50,651 nucleotides of DNA from the NCBI GenBank assembly GCA_022729275.1, contig JALDAH010000001.1, positions 1 to 50,651 on the forward strand, read 5' to 3'. Positions 26,842 to 36,386 of this stretch are shown here, one piece after another. Position 1 is the stretch's first letter. Each line of letters begins with the position of its first letter. The position numbers were made by a program, and so were the translations under genes. The notes beneath the pieces were generated by a model that saw only the letters and a list, made by a program, of their open reading frames with translations, searched no databases and was not told the DNA's origin. This stretch comes from Candidatus Nanoanaerosalina archaeon (GTDB taxonomy: Archaea; Nanohalarchaeota; Nanosalinia; Nanosalinales; Nanoanaerosalinaceae).

Positions 26842-28089
26842 TCAACCTCCAAAATAATCAAGTACGGTCTTTCCATCCTTCTTAACATCTTTCTCCTCGT
26901 TTTTTTCTTCATTTATTTTCTCCATGAAATCTTTAAGTTCTTCCAGGTTTTTTTCCTCAAACCTTTCAAGTACGGATTTTGTTTCTTCCTCACAGAGCTT
27001 CTCAAAAATTTCTCTTATACCATTAAAACTAAAATCCCTTGAAATATATCTGAAACCTAATTCATTAACCTTCTTTCCTGTATCAATACTCTTATCTGTA
27101 TCTTGAATCCCTTCTGTGTTATCACCTATCTTGATTATTGCGGAATCTATTTTTTCTCTTATCTCTTTATTACTAAAGGATGCTTCTGTTTTTCCCTTTA
27201 AAACAACCCTAACGAGAGGTTTCTTGTCTTTTTCTAATGATATATCTTCCACCTGTTCTATTAACTCATCCACTATCTCTCTGCCTTCCATTTCTGAGAC
27301 ATCAATTTCAAGGTGAAAAACGTCTCTAGGGGATTTTAATGGTTCAAAGCTGATATCTCTTTTTTCAGTATCTATAAAGATTATGCCCTTCTCTTCTTCA
27401 GCCTCTTTTTTCCTTACCTGTGTGGTTATGGTAGAACCTGGAAAAACGAGAGGCATCTCTCTGCTTTCAAAGTCAAGGTTTTTCCAGTGTATGTGCCCAT
27501 CTATAATGTAATCGAAACCATCTGGGATATCCGAAAGTGAAAGCCCCTTGTTTATTTTATCTGTATATACAAAATTCTCGATCGACTGGTGAAGCATCAG
27601 CACATTAATACCTTTTCTTGGTGTTGGACTCCAGTTTTTCAGTATCTCTGAAGCGTATCTTTCTGGTACACCTGACATACCAAAAATGTTAACCCTTTCA
27701 CCTTCTTTTTCAAGGGTGACATAATCGTTGTGAAGATGTATCAAAACTCCTGCCTCTTCCAACAGCTCTATAGGATTAACGTATTCGTTGCTCCTCCTCT
27801 CATGTGTGCCGTGTATTGCTATTACAGGTGTTTTATTATTTTTCCATCTATAATTTTTGATTCTTGCCGCATCATCTCTATCATCACCTAATAATTTGAA
27901 AATTTTGAATGCTTCCGAAAAAACTTCCTGGTTAGGTGTCTTAGAATCGAAAATATCACCTGGTAGGAGAACAGCATCTGCTTTTTTAGCCTTCTTAAAG
28001 GCTTCTCTTGCATTTTGGAAGCTGTCTTCATTTCTCTCAGAGTTCCACTTAAAACCAAAATGCGTGTCACTTACAACAGCTAATTTCAT
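26842..28089 (-). CDS. mre11: Mre11 nuclease
   Basis: Phosphoesterase motifs VVSDTHFG, LLPGDIFD, AIHGTHER, LMLHQS, DGHIHW. Confidence 0.9.
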   Translation of the reverse strand: MKLAVVSDTHFGFKWNSERNEDSFQNAREAFKKAKKADAVLLPGDIFDSKTPNQEVFSEAFKIFKLLGDDRDDAARIKNYRWKNNKTPVIAIHGTHERRSNEYVNPIELLEEAGVLIHLHNDYVTLEKEGERVNIFGMSGVPERYASEILKNWSPTPRKGINVLMLHQSIENFVYTDKINKGLSLSDIPDGFDYIIDGHIHWKNLDFESREMPLVFPGSTITTQVRKKEAEEEKGIIFIDTEKRDISFEPLKSPRDVFHLEIDVSEMEGREIVDELIEQVEDISLEKDKKPLVRVVLKGKTEASFSNKEIREKIDSAIIKIGDNTEGIQDTDKSIDTGKKVNELGFRYISRDFSFNGIREIFEKLCEEETKSVLERFEEKNLEELKDFMEKINEEKNEEKDVKKDGKTVLDYFGG

Positions 28090-28158
28090 TAAAACATTTT
28101 TTCGGAACCGAATCTTAAAAACGGTATAGAAAATAAGGAAAAAAGGGATTTTATGGAG

Positions 28159-28749
28159 TTAATCCATCATCCCGATTATTTCTCCCTTTTCAAGGTCTAT
28201 AGGATCTATTCCTGCAAGACTTCCCATGAACATTAGACCTGATCTCTTCGATACATACACATTAAATTCCTGGGTCTCTTGTTCATCCTCCAACAACATC
28301 GTCACAACAAATATATCCTCATAGGTCTCCTGATCTATGGAGATCACTGTAATATTTATGTCGTCATCTACATCTCCAATCTGCTGCACGATGTAATCCG
28401 TAACCATCTCATCGATTTCATTAAGAGTGAATTCTTCGGTCTCGACCATTTCAGCTGGATACATCACTATAAATGTAAACGCAAAACCTATAAGCATCCC
28501 TAATAAGATGTTAACGAAGGGTCGCTCCCAAGTGCTTATAGCTTCTTCATCAGAAACAGGTTCTTCTTCGAGTTCAACTTCTCTATCTTCGATTTTGTTT
28601 TGTATCCATTCCTTCAAAGTTTTTCTGTTTTTCCCTTCTTTTTCAGCTTCAAGTAACTCTTCCAGATCTATTTTTTCATCTTTTCCAACTTCTTGTTTTA
28701 CTTCAGAAATGGTTCCATCAAGGATTTCACCATAATTTTCATCTGTCAT
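28159..28749 (-). CDS. Acidic single-pass membrane protein (unknown function)
   Basis: Very acidic cytosolic N-terminus, one TM (FVNILLGMLIGFAFTFIVMY), and a small C-terminal ectodomain. Confidence 0.5.
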   Translation of the reverse strand: MTDENYGEILDGTISEVKQEVGKDEKIDLEELLEAEKEGKNRKTLKEWIQNKIEDREVELEEEPVSDEEAISTWERPFVNILLGMLIGFAFTFIVMYPAEMVETEEFTLNEIDEMVTDYIVQQIGDVDDDINITVISIDQETYEDIFVVTMLLEDEQETQEFNVYVSKRSGLMFMGSLAGIDPIDLEKGEIIGMMD

Positions 28750-28979
28750 CTTGACACCTAAACATTTATTAGGACTGATAGGTTAAAAAAATTAAGAAAG
28801 GTAAGGACTCGGGTTTTAAAAATGTTTATCACCTAAAAAGTTTTTAGGTGGATTGTTTTGAAGGGTGAATATGTTCCACGAAGTTGAAGAAAAACTCTTA
28901 GTTGGAAATCTATTTGTGAACTCCACTTTTTTCTTGAACAAAAATTTGTTCAGACAAAATTTCTACAGAAGTGATAGAT

Positions 28980-30425
28980 ATGTCTAAAAAACAAGAACTG
29001 GGTATAACAGTAAAGAAAGATGAAAACATTTCAGAATGGTACACGCAGGTTGTTAAAAAGGCCGATCTTGCGGATTATGCACCTGTAAAGGGCTGTATGA
29101 TTATTAGACCATACGGTATGAAAATCTGGGAAAGGATAAAAAAGAAGTTCAACCAAATGATCGAAAACGAGGTTGATAACGCCTATTTCCCTCTGCTAAT
29201 ACCAGAATCATATCTTGAGAAAGAGAAGGATATCGTTGAGGGATTCAACCCTGAAGTCGCATGGGTTGAAAATGCAGGTAAAGACGGTAAACTGGAGGAA
29301 AGACTTGCTATAAGACCTACTTCTGAATCCATAATAGCGGAGTACATGTCAAAAAACATCAGAAGTTACAGGGATCTTCCTTTCAGGATAAATCAATGGG
29401 CGAACATAATGAGATGGGAGGCTACAGACACAAGACCTTTCCTAAGAACCCGAGAGTTCCTTTGGCAGGAAGGACACACAGCACATGAAAACAAACAAAA
29501 AGCAGATGAGGAAGTGTTAAAGAGACTGGATCAGTATGGACAACTCTACGAAGATATAATGGCGATACCTGTGTTAAAAGGAAGAAAACCAGAACACGAT
29601 AAGTTCCCTGGAGCTGCCATGACCACTACAGTCGAATGTTTGATGCCTGATGGTAAATCTATCCAGGGAGGTACATCTCATAACCTCGGAACAAATTTTG
29701 CAAACGCATTCGAAATAGAATACGAAGATGAATATCAGGAAAAACATCTATGCCACACAGCTTCTTGGGGTATATCTACTAGAGCGATAGGAGCACTTAT
29801 CCTGGCTCATGGTGACGACAAGGGCCTGGTGCTACCTCCAAATATATCTCCATTGGAAGTGATCATAGTGCCGATATTTGTAGGGAAGGACGATGAAAAG
29901 GTGGAAAAATTTTCGGAAAAGGTAAAAGAGAAACTCAACGGATTCAGGACAGAGATAGATTATGACAGGGAAAAGAGCCCTGGCTTTAAATTCAACCACT
30001 GGGAGCTCAGAGGAGTTCCTATTAGAATAGAAATAGGGCCTAACGAGGTCAAAAAAAAGAAATTAACAGTGGTAAGACGGGACAACGGTGAAAAAAAGAC
30101 CGTCAAACTTGGAAAAATAGAGGACAATGTTGAGGATATCTTGGAGGATATCCAGTACAGTCTCTACAAGAAACTAGAAGATTACAGGGAGGAACATACA
30201 AGTAAAGCTGAAAGTTTTGAGGAAATACTGGAAAATATTGATAAGAAGAAGGGTTATGTCAAAAGTTTCTGGTGTGGAAGAGAAGAGTGTGAAGAAATGG
30301 TAAAAGAAGAAGTGCATGCAGAGATTGTTCTGGTGCCTTTAAAGAGAGAAAACTTAGAAGGTGAAAAATGTGCGGTTTGTGGACAAACTGCCAAAGAAAT
30401 AGCTTATTTTGCTAAGAACTATTGA
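28980..30425 (+). CDS. proS: Prolyl-tRNA synthetase (archaeal/eukaryotic type)
   Basis: ISEWYTQVVKKADLADY..PVKGCMIIRPYG, motif 2 FLRTREFLWQEGHTAH, and a C-terminal Zn-binding domain (CGREEC...CAVCG) ending in Y. Confidence 0.9.
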   Translation: MSKKQELGITVKKDENISEWYTQVVKKADLADYAPVKGCMIIRPYGMKIWERIKKKFNQMIENEVDNAYFPLLIPESYLEKEKDIVEGFNPEVAWVENAGKDGKLEERLAIRPTSESIIAEYMSKNIRSYRDLPFRINQWANIMRWEATDTRPFLRTREFLWQEGHTAHENKQKADEEVLKRLDQYGQLYEDIMAIPVLKGRKPEHDKFPGAAMTTTVECLMPDGKSIQGGTSHNLGTNFANAFEIEYEDEYQEKHLCHTASWGISTRAIGALILAHGDDKGLVLPPNISPLEVIIVPIFVGKDDEKVEKFSEKVKEKLNGFRTEIDYDREKSPGFKFNHWELRGVPIRIEIGPNEVKKKKLTVVRRDNGEKKTVKLGKIEDNVEDILEDIQYSLYKKLEDYREEHTSKAESFEEILENIDKKKGYVKSFWCGREECEEMVKEEVHAEIVLVPLKRENLEGEKCAVCGQTAKEIAYFAKNY

Positions 30426-30457
30426 AGGGTTTAAGAACTCTTCAGTGCCTTTATTTT

Positions 30458-30907
30458 TTAATGGTTGTGATTGTTTCTTTTTCTCCTTAATTCTCTTCTT
30501 CGTTTCCTTCTCTCCCTTTTATCAGTTCTTGAAGGAGCTCTCTCATAATGTTGTTCTTCTTCATCTACATTTTTCTCACTTTCAGGTTCTTTGGATGGAT
30601 CAGATTTTTCTTCGATGTTGCCCTCTATTTTTTCTTCTTCATCAATCTCCCCAATGCTTTCAATTCTCTTTTTCTCCCTGTATTTTTTGAAAACCATCAC
30701 TCCGATCCTTATAAGACCAACAGCTATTAGTAATGCTCCAATCCCCAACATTATATTTTGAACGTATGTGGCTATAAGTTCCAAATTAAACGGAAAGAAG
30801 TCCGGTATCTCTCCAACCTGTTCAATCACGGAATTGTACATTTCCATTATATAGAAACCTATCGCAAAAACAATTATACCTATGAAAAGGTTCGAGTATT
30901 TTCCCAT
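30458..30907 (-). CDS. Small membrane protein with a highly charged tail
   Basis: Three hydrophobic segments followed by an E/K/R-rich C-terminus. Convergent with proS. Confidence 0.45.
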   Translation of the reverse strand: MGKYSNLFIGIIVFAIGFYIMEMYNSVIEQVGEIPDFFPFNLELIATYVQNIMLGIGALLIAVGLIRIGVMVFKKYREKKRIESIGEIDEEEKIEGNIEEKSDPSKEPESEKNVDEEEQHYERAPSRTDKRERRKRRRELRRKRNNHNH

Positions 30908-31041
30908 TGTAAAAAATTATGTCTTCATTACATAAAATATTTTACTGTCAAACATTCTAATCCGGATCACAAACAACCACTTATTTAAATGTTAGAGTTG
31001 TAAGTTGTTTTAGAATTCTTGAAGCAGTCTGGTGTTTTACC

Positions 31042-31692
31042 ATGAATAGTATGGATGGACAGAAAATGCAAGGAAAAGATATGAAAAAGATGCAGACAGG
31101 TACAACTACACTTGGATTAATTACAGATAAAGGTGTTGTACTTGCAGCTGACAACCGAGCAACAATCGGTCATCTTAAAGCCTCAAAAAAAGCTAAAAAA
31201 GTTTTTAAACTACATGATGATATTGCGATGACTATTGCAGGATCAGTAGGAGATGCACAAAAAATCGTCAGGTTGATGAGGGCTCAAATCAATCTTTACA
31301 ATATTGAAAATAGAGATTTATCAGTAAAAGGCGCTTCAACTCTTCTATCAAATGTTTTAAATGCTAACAAGATGCTTCCATTCATGAATCAGTTTATAAT
31401 AGGTGGAACCAACCCGCAGGATGTTTTATATGATCTGGATCCTGTTGGAGGATTGATGGATCACAAAGAATTTACTGCAACTGGTTCAGGATCGCCTACA
31501 GCCTATGGTGTTTTAGAAGATAGGTATGAAGAGGATATTCCTCATGAAGAAGGTATTAAACTTGCAATAAGAGCTATAAAAGCAGCAAGTGAAAGAGATA
31601 CTGCTTCTGGGGACGGTATGGATGTAGTAACCATCACCGAAGAAGGTTACCAGGAACTCGATGAATCAGATATTGAAGAGTACCTTGGTTAA
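31042..31692 (+). CDS. psmB: Proteasome beta subunit (with propeptide)
   Basis: Propeptide followed by G|TTTLGLITDKGVVLAADNRAT (catalytic Thr1). GGTG lies 8 nt upstream of the ATG. Confidence 0.9.
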   Translation: MNSMDGQKMQGKDMKKMQTGTTTLGLITDKGVVLAADNRATIGHLKASKKAKKVFKLHDDIAMTIAGSVGDAQKIVRLMRAQINLYNIENRDLSVKGASTLLSNVLNANKMLPFMNQFIIGGTNPQDVLYDLDPVGGLMDHKEFTATGSGSPTAYGVLEDRYEEDIPHEEGIKLAIRAIKAASERDTASGDGMDVVTITEEGYQELDESDIEEYLG

Positions 31693-31736
31693 AAAACATT
31701 TCATTTTAAAAAATATAACAAGGAGAGGATTTCTGA

Positions 31737-33614
31737 GTGACAGGATTAGACGAAGTAAAGAAGATGCTGCCGCATGATGCAGCCATACAGGAAGCGTGTT
31801 ATGAGGCATCCGATATAGTTTTCTATACGAGAAACAAGGATTTCTTCCTTAACAACGAAGATATAATTAAACAGATAGTATCAAATTTCAAGAAGAGAGT
31901 GGAAGTTAGACCAGCACCCAACATACGTGTAGATGCTTCCGAAGCCAAGAAGGTTATACAGAAACTCGTACCTGATGAGGCAGGACTTGGAAATATTCAT
32001 TTCCAGCCCGGTTTCGGTAAAGTGATAATAGAGGCAAAAAAACCTGGTCTAGTCATAGGAAAGTCTGGAAAAACCCTCGAAGAGATCAAGAAAAAAACAA
32101 GATGGATGCCTTTAGTCAACAGAATACCTGCGATAGATTCTAAAGTAGTCGATAGAGCACGTGAAATAATACAGGAAGGTTCAGAGTTCAGAAAAGATTT
32201 CTTAAATGATATAGGTAAAAAAATCCAGTTAAACAAATCGATAGGCAACGAATGGATCAGAATAACCGGACTTGGTAGTTGCAGGCAGGTAGGAAGATCC
32301 AGCTTTTTGCTTCAGACAGAGGAATCAAACGTTATGCTTGACTGTGGAATAAATCCTTCAGGAAAAGACAGGGATTCATACCCTATACTAAATGTGCCTG
32401 AACTTGATTTGAAGGCTCTCGATGCCGTGATTATCACTCATGCACACCTGGATCACTGCGGATTTTTACCCTATCTTTTTGCGTACGGCTACGATGGACC
32501 TGTTTACTGTACAGAACCCACAAGAGATCTTATGATACTCTTACAACTAGATTATCTGGATGTGCTTCACCGAGAAGGTAAAAGCTCTCCCTACGACTCA
32601 ACACATATCAAAGAAGAGATAAAAAGAACTATACCCCTCTCATATGGAGAAGTAGCGGACATAACTCCTGACATGAGACTCACATTTAACAACGCAGGAC
32701 ATATACTGGGAAGTGCTTCTGTGCATCTTCATATTGGTGAAGGTCTCCACAACATAGTCTACACAGGCGACATAAAATATGATAAGTCAGAGCTTCTAAG
32801 ACCTGCTGATCCAAAGTTCAACAGGGTTGAAACCCTGATCTTGGAATCCACATATGGTGATCAGAAGGACAAGAAGATTTCGAGAAAGAAATCGACAGAA
32901 CAATTCAAGAAGATGGTAAGGGAGACTATCAAAAACGATGGTCATGTTATCATACCTGCTTTTGCAGTTGGTAGATCTCAGGAAGTTATGATGCTTCTTG
33001 CGGAGGAAGCAGAGAAAGATTATTTCGATGTTCCTGTCTATCTTGACGGGATGATCTGGGATGCAACTGCTTTACATACAGCCTATCCAGAATATCTCTC
33101 CAAAAAAGTACAGAAAAAGATATTCAACGATGAAAATAATCCTTTCCTCCATGAATGTTTCCAGAGGATTGGCGGACAGGAGGAAAGAAGAGAAGTTGTT
33201 AAGGAAGATTCTAACGTTATACTTGCGACTTCTGGAATGATTTCAGGTGGCCCAATAATGTATTATCTCGATGAGCTTGCAGAAGACAAAAATAACAGAC
33301 TTATTTTTGTTGGGTACCAGGCAAAGGGCACATACGGCAACAAAATACAAAATGGAACAAAAAAAGTCACTTTCCCTGGCAACGAAAAACCAACAAAGAT
33401 GAACTTGGAAATAAAGACTGCCACGGGTTTTTCAGGACATTCAACCAAGAGCCAGCTTATAAACTATGTCTCCAATTTACCGAACAAACCCAAGAAAATC
33501 CTAACAAACCACGGAGACAGCAACGCAACTTTCAGACTTTCCTCAACCCTGCACAAAATGTTTAATATCAACACGACTTCTCCCAGAAACCTTGAGACCA
33601 TAAGACTGGACTGA
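31737..33614 (+). CDS. aCPSF1/FttA: KH-domain plus metallo-beta-lactamase/beta-CASP ribonuclease
   Basis: Two N-terminal KH-like segments (GLVIGKSGKTLEEI), HAHLDHCG, and beta-CASP motifs. GTG start with AAGGAGAGG 8-9 nt upstream. Confidence 0.9.
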   Translation: MTGLDEVKKMLPHDAAIQEACYEASDIVFYTRNKDFFLNNEDIIKQIVSNFKKRVEVRPAPNIRVDASEAKKVIQKLVPDEAGLGNIHFQPGFGKVIIEAKKPGLVIGKSGKTLEEIKKKTRWMPLVNRIPAIDSKVVDRAREIIQEGSEFRKDFLNDIGKKIQLNKSIGNEWIRITGLGSCRQVGRSSFLLQTEESNVMLDCGINPSGKDRDSYPILNVPELDLKALDAVIITHAHLDHCGFLPYLFAYGYDGPVYCTEPTRDLMILLQLDYLDVLHREGKSSPYDSTHIKEEIKRTIPLSYGEVADITPDMRLTFNNAGHILGSASVHLHIGEGLHNIVYTGDIKYDKSELLRPADPKFNRVETLILESTYGDQKDKKISRKKSTEQFKKMVRETIKNDGHVIIPAFAVGRSQEVMMLLAEEAEKDYFDVPVYLDGMIWDATALHTAYPEYLSKKVQKKIFNDENNPFLHECFQRIGGQEERREVVKEDSNVILATSGMISGGPIMYYLDELAEDKNNRLIFVGYQAKGTYGNKIQNGTKKVTFPGNEKPTKMNLEIKTATGFSGHSTKSQLINYVSNLPNKPKKILTNHGDSNATFRLSSTLHKMFNINTTSPRNLETIRLD

Positions 33615-33721
33615 TCCTGTTTTTCTTTTTTTCTTCTTTCCTACCAAACCTTTTTAAATGTTTATATAGATTACTTATAAACAAACATTTTCTTTTTAAG
33701 TATTTTTTTAGGAAGCCCAAA

Positions 33722-34357
33722 ATGGAAAAGGAAAAATATAGGGAAGAAAATATAGAAGACATATATAGTAAACAGATTAAGGATATATTTGATTCCTATG
33801 TTATGTGGGGCAAAGACGTTAAAAGAAGGCTTGAAGGAGAAAAAAAGGACCAGAGAGAAGAAGATAAAATAACTGGTGAAAACCTCTATAAATTGGCTAT
33901 AAATGAACTTAAATTGTATGAAACAGAAAAATACAAACAGAACTCTGTCAACAAATTTATAGAAAAGTACAGAGATATCTTCAAAGTTAAGGACGGATAT
34001 TTTCTTTCAGGACTTCTAAATTTCACCGAAAAACAAGAAATACCCAATAGTAAGGCTGAGATTCTGGAAAAGACCGGAAAGGAAGATATAATAGAAGATT
34101 TCATAAGCATACCTGACATAGAAGAGATTTCTGCACTTGGATTCCTTGAAAACACTTTTCTTGAGATAAGGGGAAGAGCAGGTATGCTGCTGGGAAGAAA
34201 CTCTTATCAGAGCATAATAGAAGTCGAAGAAGTCGAATCCTTGGGTCTTGATTCTGAACAGACAGATTATTTTGTACACAGCAGTGATGTAAAACCTATT
34301 CTTATGGGATCGGGGCGTATATGGTATAAAAAAGATGGTGAATGGGAGCTGTACTGA
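33722..34357 (+). CDS. Hypothetical protein (211 aa, acidic)
   Basis: Clean ATG ORF in its own interval. No motif recognised. Confidence 0.45.
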   Translation: MEKEKYREENIEDIYSKQIKDIFDSYVMWGKDVKRRLEGEKKDQREEDKITGENLYKLAINELKLYETEKYKQNSVNKFIEKYRDIFKVKDGYFLSGLLNFTEKQEIPNSKAEILEKTGKEDIIEDFISIPDIEEISALGFLENTFLEIRGRAGMLLGRNSYQSIIEVEEVESLGLDSEQTDYFVHSSDVKPILMGSGRIWYKKDGEWELY

Positions 34358-34366
34358 ACTTTTTAG

Positions 34367-36013
34367 CTACATTTCCTCGAGACAATCGATACCAAGAAGA
34401 CCCATACCTTCTGAAGAAACACTCTCAAACAATTCTACAAGTTTCAACCTTCTTTTCATTGTAGTTTCATCCGCTTTTAGAACCGGACATTTATGGTAAA
34501 AACTATTGAAAATCTCGCATAGTTCCGATAAATAATTGGCTATTTTTGCAGGTTCTCTTGATTCCACTGCATTTTCAATCATTTCAGGAAATTTCGATAA
34601 TTTTTTCAAAAAAGAGTACTCCATCTCCGACAAATCTCCCTTGAATTCGCCTTTCAAATCAGTTTTTTGAACAATAGATTTAGCTCTTGTATTGGAATAC
34701 TGGAGATAAGGACCTGAATCACCTTCAAAGGTAAGAACATCATCCCAGTTAAAAACTATATCTTTCTGTTTAGTTACACACAAATTAGCATATTTTAAAG
34801 CACCTATACCTATCTTATCAGCATTTTTCTTAAGTTCTTGAGAATCTATTCTTTTTTTAGCTTTCTCAATGGCTTTATCCATCAGTTCAGATATCCTGAC
34901 AATATTTCCAGACCTTGAGGACATAGAACCATCCTTAAGGTTCAATAAACCATAAGATATATGTTCACATCCATCAGTATCTATACCCATCCTTTCACAT
35001 ATCTTGAAAAGTTGTTGAAAGTGAAGATCCTGTTCAGAAGCTACCACATATAAATTCAGATCGAAGCCCTCATCCTCTTTCCTTTTTTTCAAATTCGCTA
35101 TATCTCTTGAAAGGTATAATGTCGTCCCGTCAGATTTTTTAAGCACTGTTGCCGGCATTTCATCACCAAAATCCACAAAAAGACTACCATCAGGATCTTT
35201 ATTTATAATTCCTTTATTTAGACCTTCTTCAAGGACTTCTTTTGTCTCCTCAAGTATTTTTGATTCTCCTGTCCATCTGTCAAAACTGATACCCATCCTA
35301 TTGTAATCATTCTTGTGATAATCTATCGATGCTTCTCTAAAGAGTTTCCAGAGGCGATATGCCTCTTCTTCTTTATTTTCTATTCTGTTCGCCCACTCCC
35401 TTCCTTTTTCCAAGAGTTTATCATCGGTTTCCATTTTTTCGTGGAACTCAACGTATAATTCATATAGATGTTCCATGGAGTTCTGCTCAAATTTCTTGAG
35501 GCTGCCGTACTCTTTGAAAGCATAAACAAGTTTACCGTATTGAGTTCCCCAGTCACCTATATAGTTTTCGGATACAGTGTCATATCCAATGAAATTTAAC
35601 ATTCTCTGTATTGAATCACCTAGAACATTGTTTCTGAAATGTCCTATGTGCATCGGTTTCGCAACATTGGGCGATGAAAATTCTACAAGTGCCTTCCCTG
35701 TTTTTTTCTTTACACCCATCCTGTCTTTACTCAATGTTTCATCAAGTTTTCTGGCAAAGAATTCTTCTTTTATGAAAAAGTTTACGAATCCTGGTCCTGC
35801 TACTTCAACTTTTTCCAAGAAATCAAGATCGATATTTTTTCTTAATTTTTCAGCTATCTCTCTAGGTTTTCCATCCAGTTCAGATGCAATTTTCATCGCA
35901 GGAAAAGCAAAATCTCCTCTGTCCCCTTCTGAATCTTCAATATCTTTTACTGAAACGTTAACATTAAAAACTTCATTTATGCCTTTCACAATTTTATTTT
36001 TGAAATATTTCAT
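34367..36013 (-). CDS. argS: Arginyl-tRNA synthetase
   Basis: Class I HIGH variant SSPNVAKPMHIGHFRNNVLGD, and a C-terminal DALR anticodon-binding-like domain. 548 aa. Confidence 0.9.
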   Translation of the reverse strand: MKYFKNKIVKGINEVFNVNVSVKDIEDSEGDRGDFAFPAMKIASELDGKPREIAEKLRKNIDLDFLEKVEVAGPGFVNFFIKEEFFARKLDETLSKDRMGVKKKTGKALVEFSSPNVAKPMHIGHFRNNVLGDSIQRMLNFIGYDTVSENYIGDWGTQYGKLVYAFKEYGSLKKFEQNSMEHLYELYVEFHEKMETDDKLLEKGREWANRIENKEEEAYRLWKLFREASIDYHKNDYNRMGISFDRWTGESKILEETKEVLEEGLNKGIINKDPDGSLFVDFGDEMPATVLKKSDGTTLYLSRDIANLKKRKEDEGFDLNLYVVASEQDLHFQQLFKICERMGIDTDGCEHISYGLLNLKDGSMSSRSGNIVRISELMDKAIEKAKKRIDSQELKKNADKIGIGALKYANLCVTKQKDIVFNWDDVLTFEGDSGPYLQYSNTRAKSIVQKTDLKGEFKGDLSEMEYSFLKKLSKFPEMIENAVESREPAKIANYLSELCEIFNSFYHKCPVLKADETTMKRRLKLVELFESVSSEGMGLLGIDCLEEM

Positions 36014-36348
36014 TTCTACACCTAGTGAAACAGGTTTCTTCCAAAGTTATGGGGTTAAATTGGTTGTCAACATTGAAAAAAAGAATTGTTACTATTTCTA
36101 AAAATTATTTAAAAATAATAAAATAGATTTAAATCTTTTAAAAATATTTTAAAACTCATAAAACTACTTATAAATCTTTTCCAGAAAAATATATATAACA
36201 TCTTATCTAAAAACCTTTTAGTGATCTATTTTGTTACTAGAAAGAAAAAATGCTATAAGAAACAGAGATATTGACAAGATTTGGGCCAGGATCGATCCAT
36301 TAATGCACAGGAGATACGAAAAAACTACTTACGAGAAGAAATCAGAAT

Positions 36349-36377
36349 AAAAAAACAAAAAATCAGAGAGAAAAAAA
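36349..36377 (-). terminator. Oligo-T tracts (T7, T6, T7 on minus strand) immediately downstream of sepF
   Basis: Minus strand reads TGA-cagg...GAGTTTTTTTCTCTCTGATTTTTTGTTTTTTTATT. Archaeal RNA polymerase terminates at T-runs. Confidence 0.4.
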
Positions 36378-36386
36378 CTCTCCTTC

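Noticed and set aside
28872-28988. 38-codon ORF (MFHEVEEKLLVGNLF...) upstream of and overlapping the proS start
   Set aside because: The SD-like GGTGA is only 2 nt from its ATG, it overlaps the proS start, and it shows no coding-like features. The region is better explained as a regulatory spacer.
36014-36386. Replication origin (AT-rich DUE plus ORB repeats)
   Set aside because: There is no orc1/cdc6 gene adjacent. The only repeats are 9-11-mers, whose occurrence is near chance expectation for about 370 bp of very AT-rich DNA. It is kept only as a low-interest 'long spacer' finding.
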